A stretch of DNA of 53,917 nucleotides from positions 1 to 53,917 of the forward strand of contig NZ_JAZNAN010000064.1 in the NCBI RefSeq assembly GCF_045586545.1, given 5' to 3'. Every line of letters starts with the position of its first letter. Position 1 is the stretch's first letter. This document shows positions 15,592-25,842 of this stretch, in pieces. The DNA is from Methanobrevibacter sp. GTDB lineage: Archaea; Methanobacteriota; Methanobacteria; Methanobacteriales; Methanobacteriaceae. The translations under genes and the position numbers were made by a program. The notes beneath the pieces were generated by a model. It did no database searches and was not told the origin of the DNA. It was given only the letters and a program-made list of their open reading frames with translations.

Positions 15592-16371
15592 TCATTGTTC
15601 AGCCCTATTCCTGCCCAATTCCTTATCTTTTATATTGCAGTACACCGCACCAATACCCAAATACTGAGCAGCAAATATTAAAAGTCCGAGAAACATACCT
15701 ACAAAATCATCGATTCCATAAACCACAGGCAAATGGGATTCTATAAATGTTAAAATTACAATAACGACTATAATTGAAGTATAGTCTCTTGCATAATGTC
15801 TCCATCCAAATAAATCAATAATTCTGTATATGGCTTTTAAATCAAAAGCTGCCATGATACTTTTTGTATCCGCCAATCTAGCTAAAGCCACTTCTCCAAA
15901 AAAGCTAGTAATGTAAAATACCATTCCTCCTACAATGAGGAAAATTATTGTATGGAGTGGATTGTGATTAAATAATAAATATATAGTTTTATTAAAGTCT
16001 AATAACATTTCTTCTAAATTAAAAGCCGGAAAATTTAATGGATGAGATATGAAAGTTAAAATAATTCCTTGAAAAAGAAAAAATACCATATACACAAATG
16101 ATCCTTTAATTCCTAAATCAAGAACATCTTTGGGCATGATTTTAGGCAATCTATGACCATGATTTATCCTATCACGGGTTATTGACAACCCATAACCTGT
16201 TAAAATAACTGAAATACTAACCGAGATTATAAATCCCACTTCCCAACCAGGATCCCTTACAGAAAAATCTGAAATCAGATTTATTATAAATATCAATATG
16301 GTTATAAATACAAAAAATGGTATATTATAACTGCAATACTCCCATACTTTTTTTAATGTATACGCCGGCAT
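15592..16371 (-). CDS. Membrane protein, DUF4013-like
   Basis: Multiple TM segments; GY...I and ALARLA...AAFD patterns. Confidence 0.6.
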   Translation of the reverse strand: MPAYTLKKVWEYCSYNIPFFVFITILIFIINLISDFSVRDPGWEVGFIISVSISVILTGYGLSITRDRINHGHRLPKIMPKDVLDLGIKGSFVYMVFFLFQGIILTFISHPLNFPAFNLEEMLLDFNKTIYLLFNHNPLHTIIFLIVGGMVFYITSFFGEVALARLADTKSIMAAFDLKAIYRIIDLFGWRHYARDYTSIIVVIVILTFIESHLPVVYGIDDFVGMFLGLLIFAAQYLGIGAVYCNIKDKELGRNRAEQ

Positions 16372-16516
16372 TAACTACTCCCCAATAATTAATTGTAATT
16401 TAAAAAATAAATAGTTTATTTAAGCAAAATTTTAGAAAACAGATATAACCATTCCCGATTAATATAAATTTCAAAATTCTTCCTCACAGAATATTCCAAA
16501 TAATACTCTTTTAACA

Positions 16517-17359
16517 ATGAATATATTTTTTGATTATATATACCAATTGCGAAATAATTTATTAACAATGAAAATAAAAAATAATTTTATGGATTACATG
16601 CCCATTTTCGAGTTAATAGTTACAGTACTAATATTTTTAGTTTTATTTAAAATAGGAAAGAGGATATACAATAAAATAGACAATAGCGAAAGCAGATATC
16701 TAAATCCCGATGAATATCTTCCTAAAGAAGAGATTCAATCATTAAAACAAGTTTTTTATTTGATTATGATGCTATTGTTCTTCATATTCCTATTATATAC
16801 CTTAATATATGTGGATAATGACTATCTCGCAATAGCAGGATTGGAAATCGTTGTCCTATTGTATGTTACATTAACTCTGGATTATAGTTCCTGGAAAAAT
16901 AAGATATTATTCCTTTTGCTAATACCTTACGGGTCTATTTCTTTTCTAATTTTTGAATATACTCCTGTGGTATATCTTGACATTCTCCACGTTCTCGCAT
17001 ATGCATATTTAATTAAAATATATTATGATAAATTTAGGCAGTATACACAAACAAACAGTTTAGGAATAACCATTATTTTATTATTCGCAATCATATTCAT
17101 TAGTTTTCTTGTTACAAGTATCGTTGAAGGCGTTGGGCCATTGAATTCATTGGTAATGGTTTCAAATGCATTCACAAGTAACGGTTATGCAATTTTAGGA
17201 AATTCAAGTGCAGGCAAATTAAACGCTTTAATCTTGGTTTGGGCAGGATATGTGCTGTCTGGAGTAGGTACCGCCACATTAACTGCAGCAATTTTAATGA
17301 GGCACTTTAATAAAAAATTTGATAGATTAGAAGAATTGATAAAGGAAAATGACAAATAA
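16517..17359 (+). CDS. Multi-pass membrane protein with C-terminal ion-channel pore-like module (true start probably downstream)
   Basis: TM - LNSLVMVSNAFTSNGY - GK...LVWAGY TM pattern resembles Ion_trans_2. Confidence 0.55.
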   Translation: MNIFFDYIYQLRNNLLTMKIKNNFMDYMPIFELIVTVLIFLVLFKIGKRIYNKIDNSESRYLNPDEYLPKEEIQSLKQVFYLIMMLLFFIFLLYTLIYVDNDYLAIAGLEIVVLLYVTLTLDYSSWKNKILFLLLIPYGSISFLIFEYTPVVYLDILHVLAYAYLIKIYYDKFRQYTQTNSLGITIILLFAIIFISFLVTSIVEGVGPLNSLVMVSNAFTSNGYAILGNSSAGKLNALILVWAGYVLSGVGTATLTAAILMRHFNKKFDRLEELIKENDK

Positions 17360-17364
17360 TTTTT

Positions 17365-18387
17365 TTAAAAATAATCTATTTTTAAAGGCAAATCGCCAAT
17401 AATATCGGCTCTTTTTGAAATGGCTATTGTATCCTCAAGCCTGACTCCAAATTCGCCTTCCAAATAGATTCCCGGCTCTACTGTTATGACCATACCCTTT
17501 TCAATTACTGTTTCATCACGAAGGGAAAATCCTGGAGTTTCATGAATATCAAGGCCTAAACTATGCCCAGTTGAGTGAATGAATTTCTCTTCATAGTCAT
17601 AATCTGCAATAATATCGCGAGCAACCTTATCAATGTCTGAACATTTAAGACCTGGCTTAATAGCTTTAATTGCCTTATCATGAGACTCGGCTACAATATC
17701 CCAAATCTCCTGCTGGTGTTCTGTATAAACCATTGTACGGGTGTTATCGGAACAATAACCTTCAAAAATAGCTCCCCAATCAATTAAAATTGGTTGTTCT
17801 AATGTTTTGTCCTGTGGAATTGCATGTGGAAGACTTGAAGCAGGACCGCTTGTAACGATTGTATCAAATGATTCCTTAAAAGCCCCGTTTTCAATCATTA
17901 ATCTATTCAAATCAAAAGCAACTTCCTTTTCAGTGCCATTATTATTCAGAATATCCAACTGCAGGAATGATTTTTGAGCAATTTCGGTTGCCTTTGTGAT
18001 TTTTTCAATCTCATCAGGGGTTTTAATCATTCTCTGTCTATCGATATATGTTTTTGCATCGATTTCAAAATCATCCCTAAATTTTACATATGTGCTGAAA
18101 GGCAAGCTCGGCTCAATTGCAAGATTTTTAATGCCCTCTTTTTTTAGCTCATCTATCATCACATCATAGGATTCATACTCTTTAACTTCAATTGTTGAAT
18201 CCTTCCTTGCAAGTTCCATATCCATACCGGAAGCATAGATAATTGGATTTTCTTTTATAACACAAAAAGCGAAACTAGTTGGCTTATAACCCGAGATGTA
18301 TTGAACATTTGTAAACTGTGTCAGCAAATAAGCCTGAAAATTATCATTTTCCAAATCTTTTAAAATATTATCAATATGTAAGTCCAT
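17365..18387 (-). CDS. Xaa-Pro aminopeptidase/dipeptidase (M24B)
   Basis: IDWG..Y.SD.TRT, HSTGHSLGLDIHE, EPGIY, GVRLED. Confidence 0.93.
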   Translation of the reverse strand: MDLHIDNILKDLENDNFQAYLLTQFTNVQYISGYKPTSFAFCVIKENPIIYASGMDMELARKDSTIEVKEYESYDVMIDELKKEGIKNLAIEPSLPFSTYVKFRDDFEIDAKTYIDRQRMIKTPDEIEKITKATEIAQKSFLQLDILNNNGTEKEVAFDLNRLMIENGAFKESFDTIVTSGPASSLPHAIPQDKTLEQPILIDWGAIFEGYCSDNTRTMVYTEHQQEIWDIVAESHDKAIKAIKPGLKCSDIDKVARDIIADYDYEEKFIHSTGHSLGLDIHETPGFSLRDETVIEKGMVITVEPGIYLEGEFGVRLEDTIAISKRADIIGDLPLKIDYF

Positions 18388-18437
18388 AATACTATTTAGA
18401 AAAAACTTTTATATATAAAATTAGATATTTTAAAATC

Positions 18438-19079
18438 ATGTTCAAATTTACAAGCAGTGAAGTGAGAGATTTAATAATTGCATTTATCGTGATTTCACTT
18501 TGTTTTGCAATAGCTAATGCAGGACGGGATGTTAATGCAATACTTTCCTTATTACCACTGATTATGGTTGGTGTAGGTGCAGGGTTTATTCTGCACGAAC
18601 TTGGACACAAATTTGTGTCAATGAAATATGGATACTGGGCCGAATTCAAATTATGGCCTCAAGGACTCCTATTTGCACTGATTACATCATTTTTAGGATT
18701 TGTATTTGCAGCACCTGGTGCAGTTTACACTTATGCTAATTATATGACTGATGAAATCAACGGTAAAATATCAATTGCAGGACCGATTGTCAATATAATC
18801 CTTGCATTAATATTTTTAGGCATTGCAGTTTCAGTTTATCAATCCGCATTATATTCAGAAACCTATGCATTAATATTTATTGTATGTGCATTAGGTTACT
18901 CCATCAATAGTTTTTTAGCAGCATTCAACTTGCTTCCTATTGGAAACCTGGACGGATCAAAAGTTCTTAACTGGAACTTTGGAATTTGGATTGTTACAAT
19001 AGCGATTGCTGGAATAATGACAGTGCTATCAATGACAATTGGTGTTCAAGATTTAGTTAGAATAATATTGGGAATTTAA
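18438..19079 (+). CDS. Site-2 protease family (M50) membrane metalloprotease
   Basis: HELGH, AGP, FNLLP..LDG. Confidence 0.92.
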   Translation: MFKFTSSEVRDLIIAFIVISLCFAIANAGRDVNAILSLLPLIMVGVGAGFILHELGHKFVSMKYGYWAEFKLWPQGLLFALITSFLGFVFAAPGAVYTYANYMTDEINGKISIAGPIVNIILALIFLGIAVSVYQSALYSETYALIFIVCALGYSINSFLAAFNLLPIGNLDGSKVLNWNFGIWIVTIAIAGIMTVLSMTIGVQDLVRIILGI

Positions 19080-19080
19080 A

Positions 19081-20280
19081 ATGGTAGAAGAACTTACATA
19101 CTTTAAAGGAACTCACAGAGTAATAGCTCCTAAAAAGACAATTGAAATCAATGAGGATAAATTAAAAACAGCTGGAATAACCCGTATTGCAGACATTACA
19201 GATTTAGATAGGATTGGAATGCCTGTCTTTACTGCAATCAGGCCAACTGCTGAAGAGGGAGCCATTAGTATCTATGGCGGAAAAGGAATATCAAAAGACC
19301 ATGCCAAAGCTTCGGCAATGATGGAAGGCTTTGAGAGATATTCCGCAGAAAGGCAGGACACCGATGAAACTATAATTGCAACCCCTCAAGAGATAGCTGA
19401 AAGAGGAAATTATATTGAACTAAGATCTTTAAATCTGCCTCAAAATTTAGAAAAGCAGGATTTAAGCAATGTTAAATTAGAATGGAGTGTTGCACATGAT
19501 TTAATTTCAACTGAAGATTTTTATGTTCCTTCAAATGCTGTTTTCCATCCTTATAACAATGATTCTGTCCTAAGCCTATTCAAATCAAATACCAATGGAC
19601 TTGCTTCCGGCAATGTCCTTGAAGAAGCAATATTACATGGAATGTTTGAAGTGATTGAAAGGGATGCATGGAGCATTTTTGAGTTAACCCATAAAAATTA
19701 CTCACAAATCAATTTAGACACTATTGAAAGCGACCTCATTAATGAAACAATTGAAAAATTTGAATCTGAAGGCATTAAAATCAAGTTAATGGACTTTACA
19801 GCCGATATAAAAATCCCAACAATAGCGGCTTCAGCTGATGATACAATAACTAAAGACGCCGGACTTTTAACCTTAGGAATGGGAACCCATTTGGACCCGG
19901 AAGTCGCAGTTTTAAGGGCTTTGACTGAAGTGGCACAAAGCAGAGCAACACAGATTAATGGAGCCCGTGAAGATACCGTTAGAGCAGATTTTGCACGTGA
20001 AGCAGGTTACAGACGAATGAAAAAGATTAATAAAATTTACTTCCAAGAAGAAGAAAATCAAATTAATCTTTCAGATATTGAAAATAAATCAACACCTTCA
20101 GTAACTGAAGACATTGAAATTGTTAAAGAAGAATTAATCTCCAATGACATTAAACAAATTTTATACACTGATTTGACAAGACCTGAACTGGATGTAAGCG
20201 TTGTTCGTGTAATAATTCCTGAAATGGAGCTTTATGCACTTGATCCGAACCGTGCAGGATACAGATTTTTAAAAGTATGA
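19081..20280 (+). CDS. ycaO: YcaO-family McrA glycine thioamidation protein
   Basis: GITR, GKG, ME..ER, SNTNGLASG, EVIERD, ALTEVAQSR; adjacent to tfuA. Confidence 0.93.
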   Translation: MVEELTYFKGTHRVIAPKKTIEINEDKLKTAGITRIADITDLDRIGMPVFTAIRPTAEEGAISIYGGKGISKDHAKASAMMEGFERYSAERQDTDETIIATPQEIAERGNYIELRSLNLPQNLEKQDLSNVKLEWSVAHDLISTEDFYVPSNAVFHPYNNDSVLSLFKSNTNGLASGNVLEEAILHGMFEVIERDAWSIFELTHKNYSQINLDTIESDLINETIEKFESEGIKIKLMDFTADIKIPTIAASADDTITKDAGLLTLGMGTHLDPEVAVLRALTEVAQSRATQINGAREDTVRADFAREAGYRRMKKINKIYFQEEENQINLSDIENKSTPSVTEDIEIVKEELISNDIKQILYTDLTRPELDVSVVRVIIPEMELYALDPNRAGYRFLKV

Positions 20281-20284
20281 TATC

Positions 20285-20938
20285 ATGATTAAAGTTATAA
20301 TCTATGCTGGTTTATCAATTCCTTTTGATGAAGCTAAAGAAATTCTAGATTCAACCGATGATGTTGAAGTAGTTTATAAAAGGCCGATAAAAAGAGGGGA
20401 TTTGGGTGCGGCCTTAAAAGAAAATCCCGACATTATCGGAATAATCGATGGAGTTTTTCACCAGAACTCCGCAGTAGGGCATAAGGAAATCCTTAATGTG
20501 ATGAAAAAAGGAATTGAAGTGTATGGTGCATCAAGCATGGGTGCCTTAAGGGCATCAGAACTTGATACATTAGGAATGACCGGAATAGGTTATGTATATA
20601 AACAATATGCCGACGGCATTGTTGATTCTGACGATGATGTGGCAGTGATGCTTGACTCTGAAACCTTAGAAGCATTATCAGAACCACTGATTAATATGAA
20701 ATACGTTTTTGAAAATGCAGTATCTGAAAACATCATTACTGAAGAGGAAAAAGACGAATTATTATCTATTTCTAAAAAAACATATTATCCTAAAAGAAAT
20801 TACGCTCAAACATTAGCTGATTCCAGCCTGGACAGTGACAAAAAAGACAAGCTTATCAATTTCATTCGCGAATCCAAAGATATCAAAAAGGAAGACGCAA
20901 AAGAACTGCTAAAGTACATTTATGACATGATACAATGA
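20285..20938 (+). CDS. tfuA: TfuA-family McrA glycine thioamidation protein
   Basis: IIDGVF, HKEI, GASSMGALRASEL, DDDVAV, DIKKEDA. Confidence 0.93.
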   Translation: MIKVIIYAGLSIPFDEAKEILDSTDDVEVVYKRPIKRGDLGAALKENPDIIGIIDGVFHQNSAVGHKEILNVMKKGIEVYGASSMGALRASELDTLGMTGIGYVYKQYADGIVDSDDDVAVMLDSETLEALSEPLINMKYVFENAVSENIITEEEKDELLSISKKTYYPKRNYAQTLADSSLDSDKKDKLINFIRESKDIKKEDAKELLKYIYDMIQ

Positions 20939-21945
20939 ATATAGAAAATAGAATTGATATAGTTAAAGACATTTTAAAAGACAAAAAAGTAGCTATCGGT
21001 TTTTCTGGAGGGGCAGATTCTACATTAATAGCCTATTTGTCCTCAAAAGTGGCCGAAGAAACATTAGCCATTACAATTGACAATCATCTAATGCCAACTA
21101 ATTTTATCAATCATGCGAAGAATATGTGCAATCTGTTTGGAATAAGGCATGAAATAATTGATATTGACTTCTATGATGATGAGGAATTCCTTTCAAACTC
21201 TTCAAGCAGATGTTATACCTGCAGAAACCTAATGTATACAAAAATTAAGAAACTAGCCATGAAAGAGGGTTTTGATTTTATTTGTGATGGAAATAACATT
21301 AGCGATCTTGTTAATGACAGACCCGGAATTCTAATTACATACGCACAGGGATTTGAAACTCCATTGATTAAAGCAAAATTAACTTCAAAAGACATTCATG
21401 AATACTTAGACAAAAATCATGTTAAGTATTCTAAATCCACAACCTGCCTTGCCACTAGAATTCCAACAAATACTCCAACCACAAGAGAAAAAATTGAAAG
21501 GATTAGTCATGGTGAAGACTACATCTTATCCAACACCAACTGCGAAATAGTGAAAGTTAGAGATTTTGAAGAATTTTGTATATGTGAAGTAGATAAGATT
21601 AGTGAAATTCTAGAAGATGATAAATTTATGCTGATTAATGATGAATTAAATGGACTAGGTTGGCAGAAAGTTACTTTAAATTTATCGCAAATCGATGATA
21701 ATGACAAGATAACTATTGACTATTATGAAGGTTCATTTTCATACAAACTCCCATTCAAAATCAACATTGAAAATTCGAAAAAACAACTCAAAAATGAAAT
21801 AACTTTCGAAAATGAAAATCAGATAAAAATAGAAAATATTGAAATAAATGAAAATGGCTTAATAAAAGGAAATAATTTCAAAAGTTATGAAAATGCCTTA
21901 GATAACTTTATGGAACTGTTACCTAAGCTAAGAAGAAATGTTTAA
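20935..21945 (+). CDS. LarE-like PP-loop sulfur transferase with C-terminal extension
   Basis: SGGADS, RCYTCR, DGNN.SD...RPG, CLATRIP. Confidence 0.8.
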   Translation: MNIENRIDIVKDILKDKKVAIGFSGGADSTLIAYLSSKVAEETLAITIDNHLMPTNFINHAKNMCNLFGIRHEIIDIDFYDDEEFLSNSSSRCYTCRNLMYTKIKKLAMKEGFDFICDGNNISDLVNDRPGILITYAQGFETPLIKAKLTSKDIHEYLDKNHVKYSKSTTCLATRIPTNTPTTREKIERISHGEDYILSNTNCEIVKVRDFEEFCICEVDKISEILEDDKFMLINDELNGLGWQKVTLNLSQIDDNDKITIDYYEGSFSYKLPFKINIENSKKQLKNEITFENENQIKIENIEINENGLIKGNNFKSYENALDNFMELLPKLRRNV

Positions 21946-21947
21946 TA

Positions 21948-22409
21948 TTACCTTTCTCGCATTTCCCTATACTTTTTTAAGACAATGTCTGGAGTTTCAA
22001 TGCTCAAATCAAATGTAGTGTTAAATTCCTTGCTTTCAAAATCATCATCGACTTTTTTAATTCCTTTTAAGGAAATGAAACCGTTTTCAATTTTGAAACC
22101 AACATCATCAGCTGAAAGAGAAATCAAATTTATTTCTAATTCAGAAGCTTCGTCTAGAACCCCATTCGCCCTTACATCATATTTTAAATTTAATACCTTA
22201 TGAGGCATGATTTCATTTACAGTCCTTTTGATGACTGAATCAAAGAGTTCTAGGAATTTAACAGCAGGAGGAAGATTATTAGCCCACCAATAAGTAAGAA
22301 CAGAGTTTAAAACAATGTCATGTTCGGAAAAATCATCATATAATCTTGCACGAACATGAACACTTATGTCATCAACTACCTTAATTACTAATACTGGACT
22401 AACGGCCAT
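21948..22409 (-). CDS. Hypothetical protein
   Basis: 153-aa ORF with SD-like GGT, in operon with CBS gene. Confidence 0.7.
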   Translation of the reverse strand: MAVSPVLVIKVVDDISVHVRARLYDDFSEHDIVLNSVLTYWWANNLPPAVKFLELFDSVIKRTVNEIMPHKVLNLKYDVRANGVLDEASELEINLISLSADDVGFKIENGFISLKGIKKVDDDFESKEFNTTFDLSIETPDIVLKKYREMRER

Positions 22410-22419
22410 CTTACCACAA

Positions 22420-23259
<840 letters not shown>

Positions 23260-23305
23260 AAAAACACCTTTTATTAATACTTACAAAATAAAATGTTAAA
23301 TTTGA

Positions 23306-23728
23306 TTAATGAACTATAAGTACTGCGCATTTGGCCGAATTCACAACCTTGTCTGCCACACTACCCATGATAAATCTATCGAAGCCTGATTTTCCAGAAC
23401 TGCCCATGACTATTAAATCAATATCTTCATCCTTGGCGACCTGTAAGATAACTTTAGCAGGTGATCCTTCACGAATAACATGAGTAATTTTTAAATCATC
23501 CTCGACTAATTCATCAAATTCCTTAAGATTTTCTTCAGATCTTTCTTTTAGAACTTGATTCAATTGATATATTTCATCATCTAACGGAAGTCCATTGACA
23601 AAGTTGTTTTCTGTGACACTCACAGCAACAATTTCAGCCCCACTGTTTTTTGCCAAGAATAAAGCATGTTTTTGAGCTTTCTTCGCAAATTCAGATCCAT
23701 CTGTTGGAACTAAAATTTTCTTATACAT
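23306..23728 (-). CDS. Universal stress protein
   Basis: MYKKILVPTDGS, DLIVMGS.G, MGSVA.KVV; start moved to ATG 23728 after GGAGG. Confidence 0.93.
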   Translation of the reverse strand: MYKKILVPTDGSEFAKKAQKHALFLAKNSGAEIVAVSVTENNFVNGLPLDDEIYQLNQVLKERSEENLKEFDELVEDDLKITHVIREGSPAKVILQVAKDEDIDLIVMGSSGKSGFDRFIMGSVADKVVNSAKCAVLIVH

Positions 23729-23900
23729 TATCAACATCCTCCACAAAAATCTACATTTTAAAAATAGGCTATACAATTATCCACAATACGATAAAGAATA
23801 ATTTAAATAACCTTTTTGTTAATAAGATTTGCATACAATCAGTTATTACTATAAAGTAATAAATAAATTGCATTTTAAGATGATATTGTTTAAATAAATA

Positions 23901-25055
23901 TCATATATCTATTTTTTTATTAATAGTATATAATATATTTTTCGTTTCTACCCTATTACATATATTTAAGTAAGGATTTTTAGAAAAAGATTTTACCACA
24001 AAAAATTCGGCGGAATTGTCTGTGTCGATAACTGATTTTTGAATAATGTCGTTTATATTAAACCCACAGATATTAGTGGTGGCCATTTTCAACAATTCTA
24101 AAGGATTAATATAACTTTTATAACAAACAGACATGATTTTTAATGTGAATTCCAACTCACGAAACATATTTGGCGAATTCAACATGACATTATCAGTTCC
24201 AAGTAATGGCTTTATGCCTAAATCAATGATTTTCTTTAATGGTGCGACTCCCACATTTAAAGTAGCATTGGCTCTTGGACATACAACCACGTTTGAATTT
24301 GATTTTCCAAGCAACTCCAAATCATTTGCTTTTGGATTTGTAATGTGAACCAATTGGCTGAAATTATTTTTAACACCCTTTCCAATTTCTGAAATTCTAA
24401 AGTTATTCAAGGATTCAATTTGATTAGCTTCAGATTCAGCCACATGGATTGAAGAGATTTTTCCAGCTTTTGCACATTGTGATGAAATCAATTGTGCCAC
24501 TTCATCAGTTATTTCACCAAAACCGCTTGGAGCTATACCGTCAGCAATTTTTAAAATTTTGCGAATAGCAATTTTGACTTTGCCCAAGTCCGGATTATCA
24601 CCATAAAAACTATTATCACGACCCAAAATTATCGGTTTAATTGGAATATCCTCGCTAGCTTTTTTAAGAAGCTCCACACCTTTAATTCCACCTTCTCTAT
24701 AATCAATAAAATGAGTGGTTCCGGAATTAACCATTTCCCACATGGAGGATTTCATAGCTTCAATCATCTCATCATCACTTGCATCAGCTAAGGCGCGATG
24801 CTTAACACCATTTGGCGGTTTGACCATTTCGCTTAAACTTAATCCATATCCTTCATCCTTTATAATTGAATCGCCAATGTGAATATGGCCATTGATAAAA
24901 GATGGGCAAACAATAGCTCCATCTACATCGATGATTTTGCCTTCTTTTGATTCTTTTCCAATTTCAATAATTTTACCGTCATCAACGACAATATTTTCCT
25001 TAGTTGGAACAAGATTATTGCCTTTTAATATGATTCCGTTTGATATAGTGAACAT
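23901..25055 (-). CDS. Metal-dependent amidohydrolase family protein
   Basis: NGHIHIGD, IHVAE, CPRAN, LGTDN. Confidence 0.88.
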   Translation of the reverse strand: MFTISNGIILKGNNLVPTKENIVVDDGKIIEIGKESKEGKIIDVDGAIVCPSFINGHIHIGDSIIKDEGYGLSLSEMVKPPNGVKHRALADASDDEMIEAMKSSMWEMVNSGTTHFIDYREGGIKGVELLKKASEDIPIKPIILGRDNSFYGDNPDLGKVKIAIRKILKIADGIAPSGFGEITDEVAQLISSQCAKAGKISSIHVAESEANQIESLNNFRISEIGKGVKNNFSQLVHITNPKANDLELLGKSNSNVVVCPRANATLNVGVAPLKKIIDLGIKPLLGTDNVMLNSPNMFRELEFTLKIMSVCYKSYINPLELLKMATTNICGFNINDIIQKSVIDTDNSAEFFVVKSFSKNPYLNICNRVETKNILYTINKKIDI

Positions 25056-25230
25056 TAAAGGAAAATCTAATCTTTTTTATTAATATATTTTTTCATTAAA
25101 AAAATTTATTAAATTGAAAACATAATATTATAACAGTAATGTTGAAGCAAATTAAAATCCAACATTATTAAATTAAAATACCTTTTTTAATCTCTTATTA
25201 ACCGTTGAAGATATTTGCAAGACTTAGGGG

Positions 25231-25824
25231 ATGATTCTTATTAACTCTGATGAATTAAGATATTTTTACAGGAATATTGTAAAAACTGGCAATGTATACA
25301 GAGTTAAATATAACAATAAGGATTATGGAGAGTTCAGTAAATTATCTGATGCGTTATACGAAAGAGATGCACTATTTTTCTGTAATTTTGACTACGATCT
25401 TCTTGTTGAATGTGACTTGGAAAACAAATATGAAAATATGGAATTGCCTCCATTTCCAGAAAAAAGGCCAAAAGGCAGAATAAAAGGCACTAAAGTCAAC
25501 AAAAAGGAAAGGGAAGGGGAAATTCTTTTTGACCATAAACTACGTAAATTTTTCATTCAAAAAGGTGAAGAGATTATTGGACATTACGACACAATGACTG
25601 AGGCATTCTACTATAAAAAACTATTAATGAACAATCATTGGAATAAAAACGTCTTAAAAACCAACATCAAAGAGAAAATTGAAGTCAATATCATTATTGA
25701 TCCGACTAAAACATATAAAGTCAAACTTAACTTTTGCCCTAAATGCAAAAGCAGACTTAAGATTGGCGAAACTGATTGTCCTAATTGCGGAATCAATATT
25801 AAAGAATATTTATATAATAATTAA
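25231..25824 (+). CDS. Hypothetical protein with two AP2-like repeats and C-terminal zinc ribbon
   Basis: YGEFSKLSDALYERD / IGHYDTMTEAFYYKK; CPKC...CPNC. Confidence 0.6.
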   Translation: MILINSDELRYFYRNIVKTGNVYRVKYNNKDYGEFSKLSDALYERDALFFCNFDYDLLVECDLENKYENMELPPFPEKRPKGRIKGTKVNKKEREGEILFDHKLRKFFIQKGEEIIGHYDTMTEAFYYKKLLMNNHWNKNVLKTNIKEKIEVNIIIDPTKTYKVKLNFCPKCKSRLKIGETDCPNCGINIKEYLYNN

Positions 25825-25842
25825 AAAAAGGATAGAGAAAAA

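Noticed and set aside
18438-20938. YcaO/TfuA plus protease as a RiPP (thioamitide) cluster
   Set aside because: No precursor peptide seen nearby; in methanogens this pair is the established McrA thioglycine machinery.
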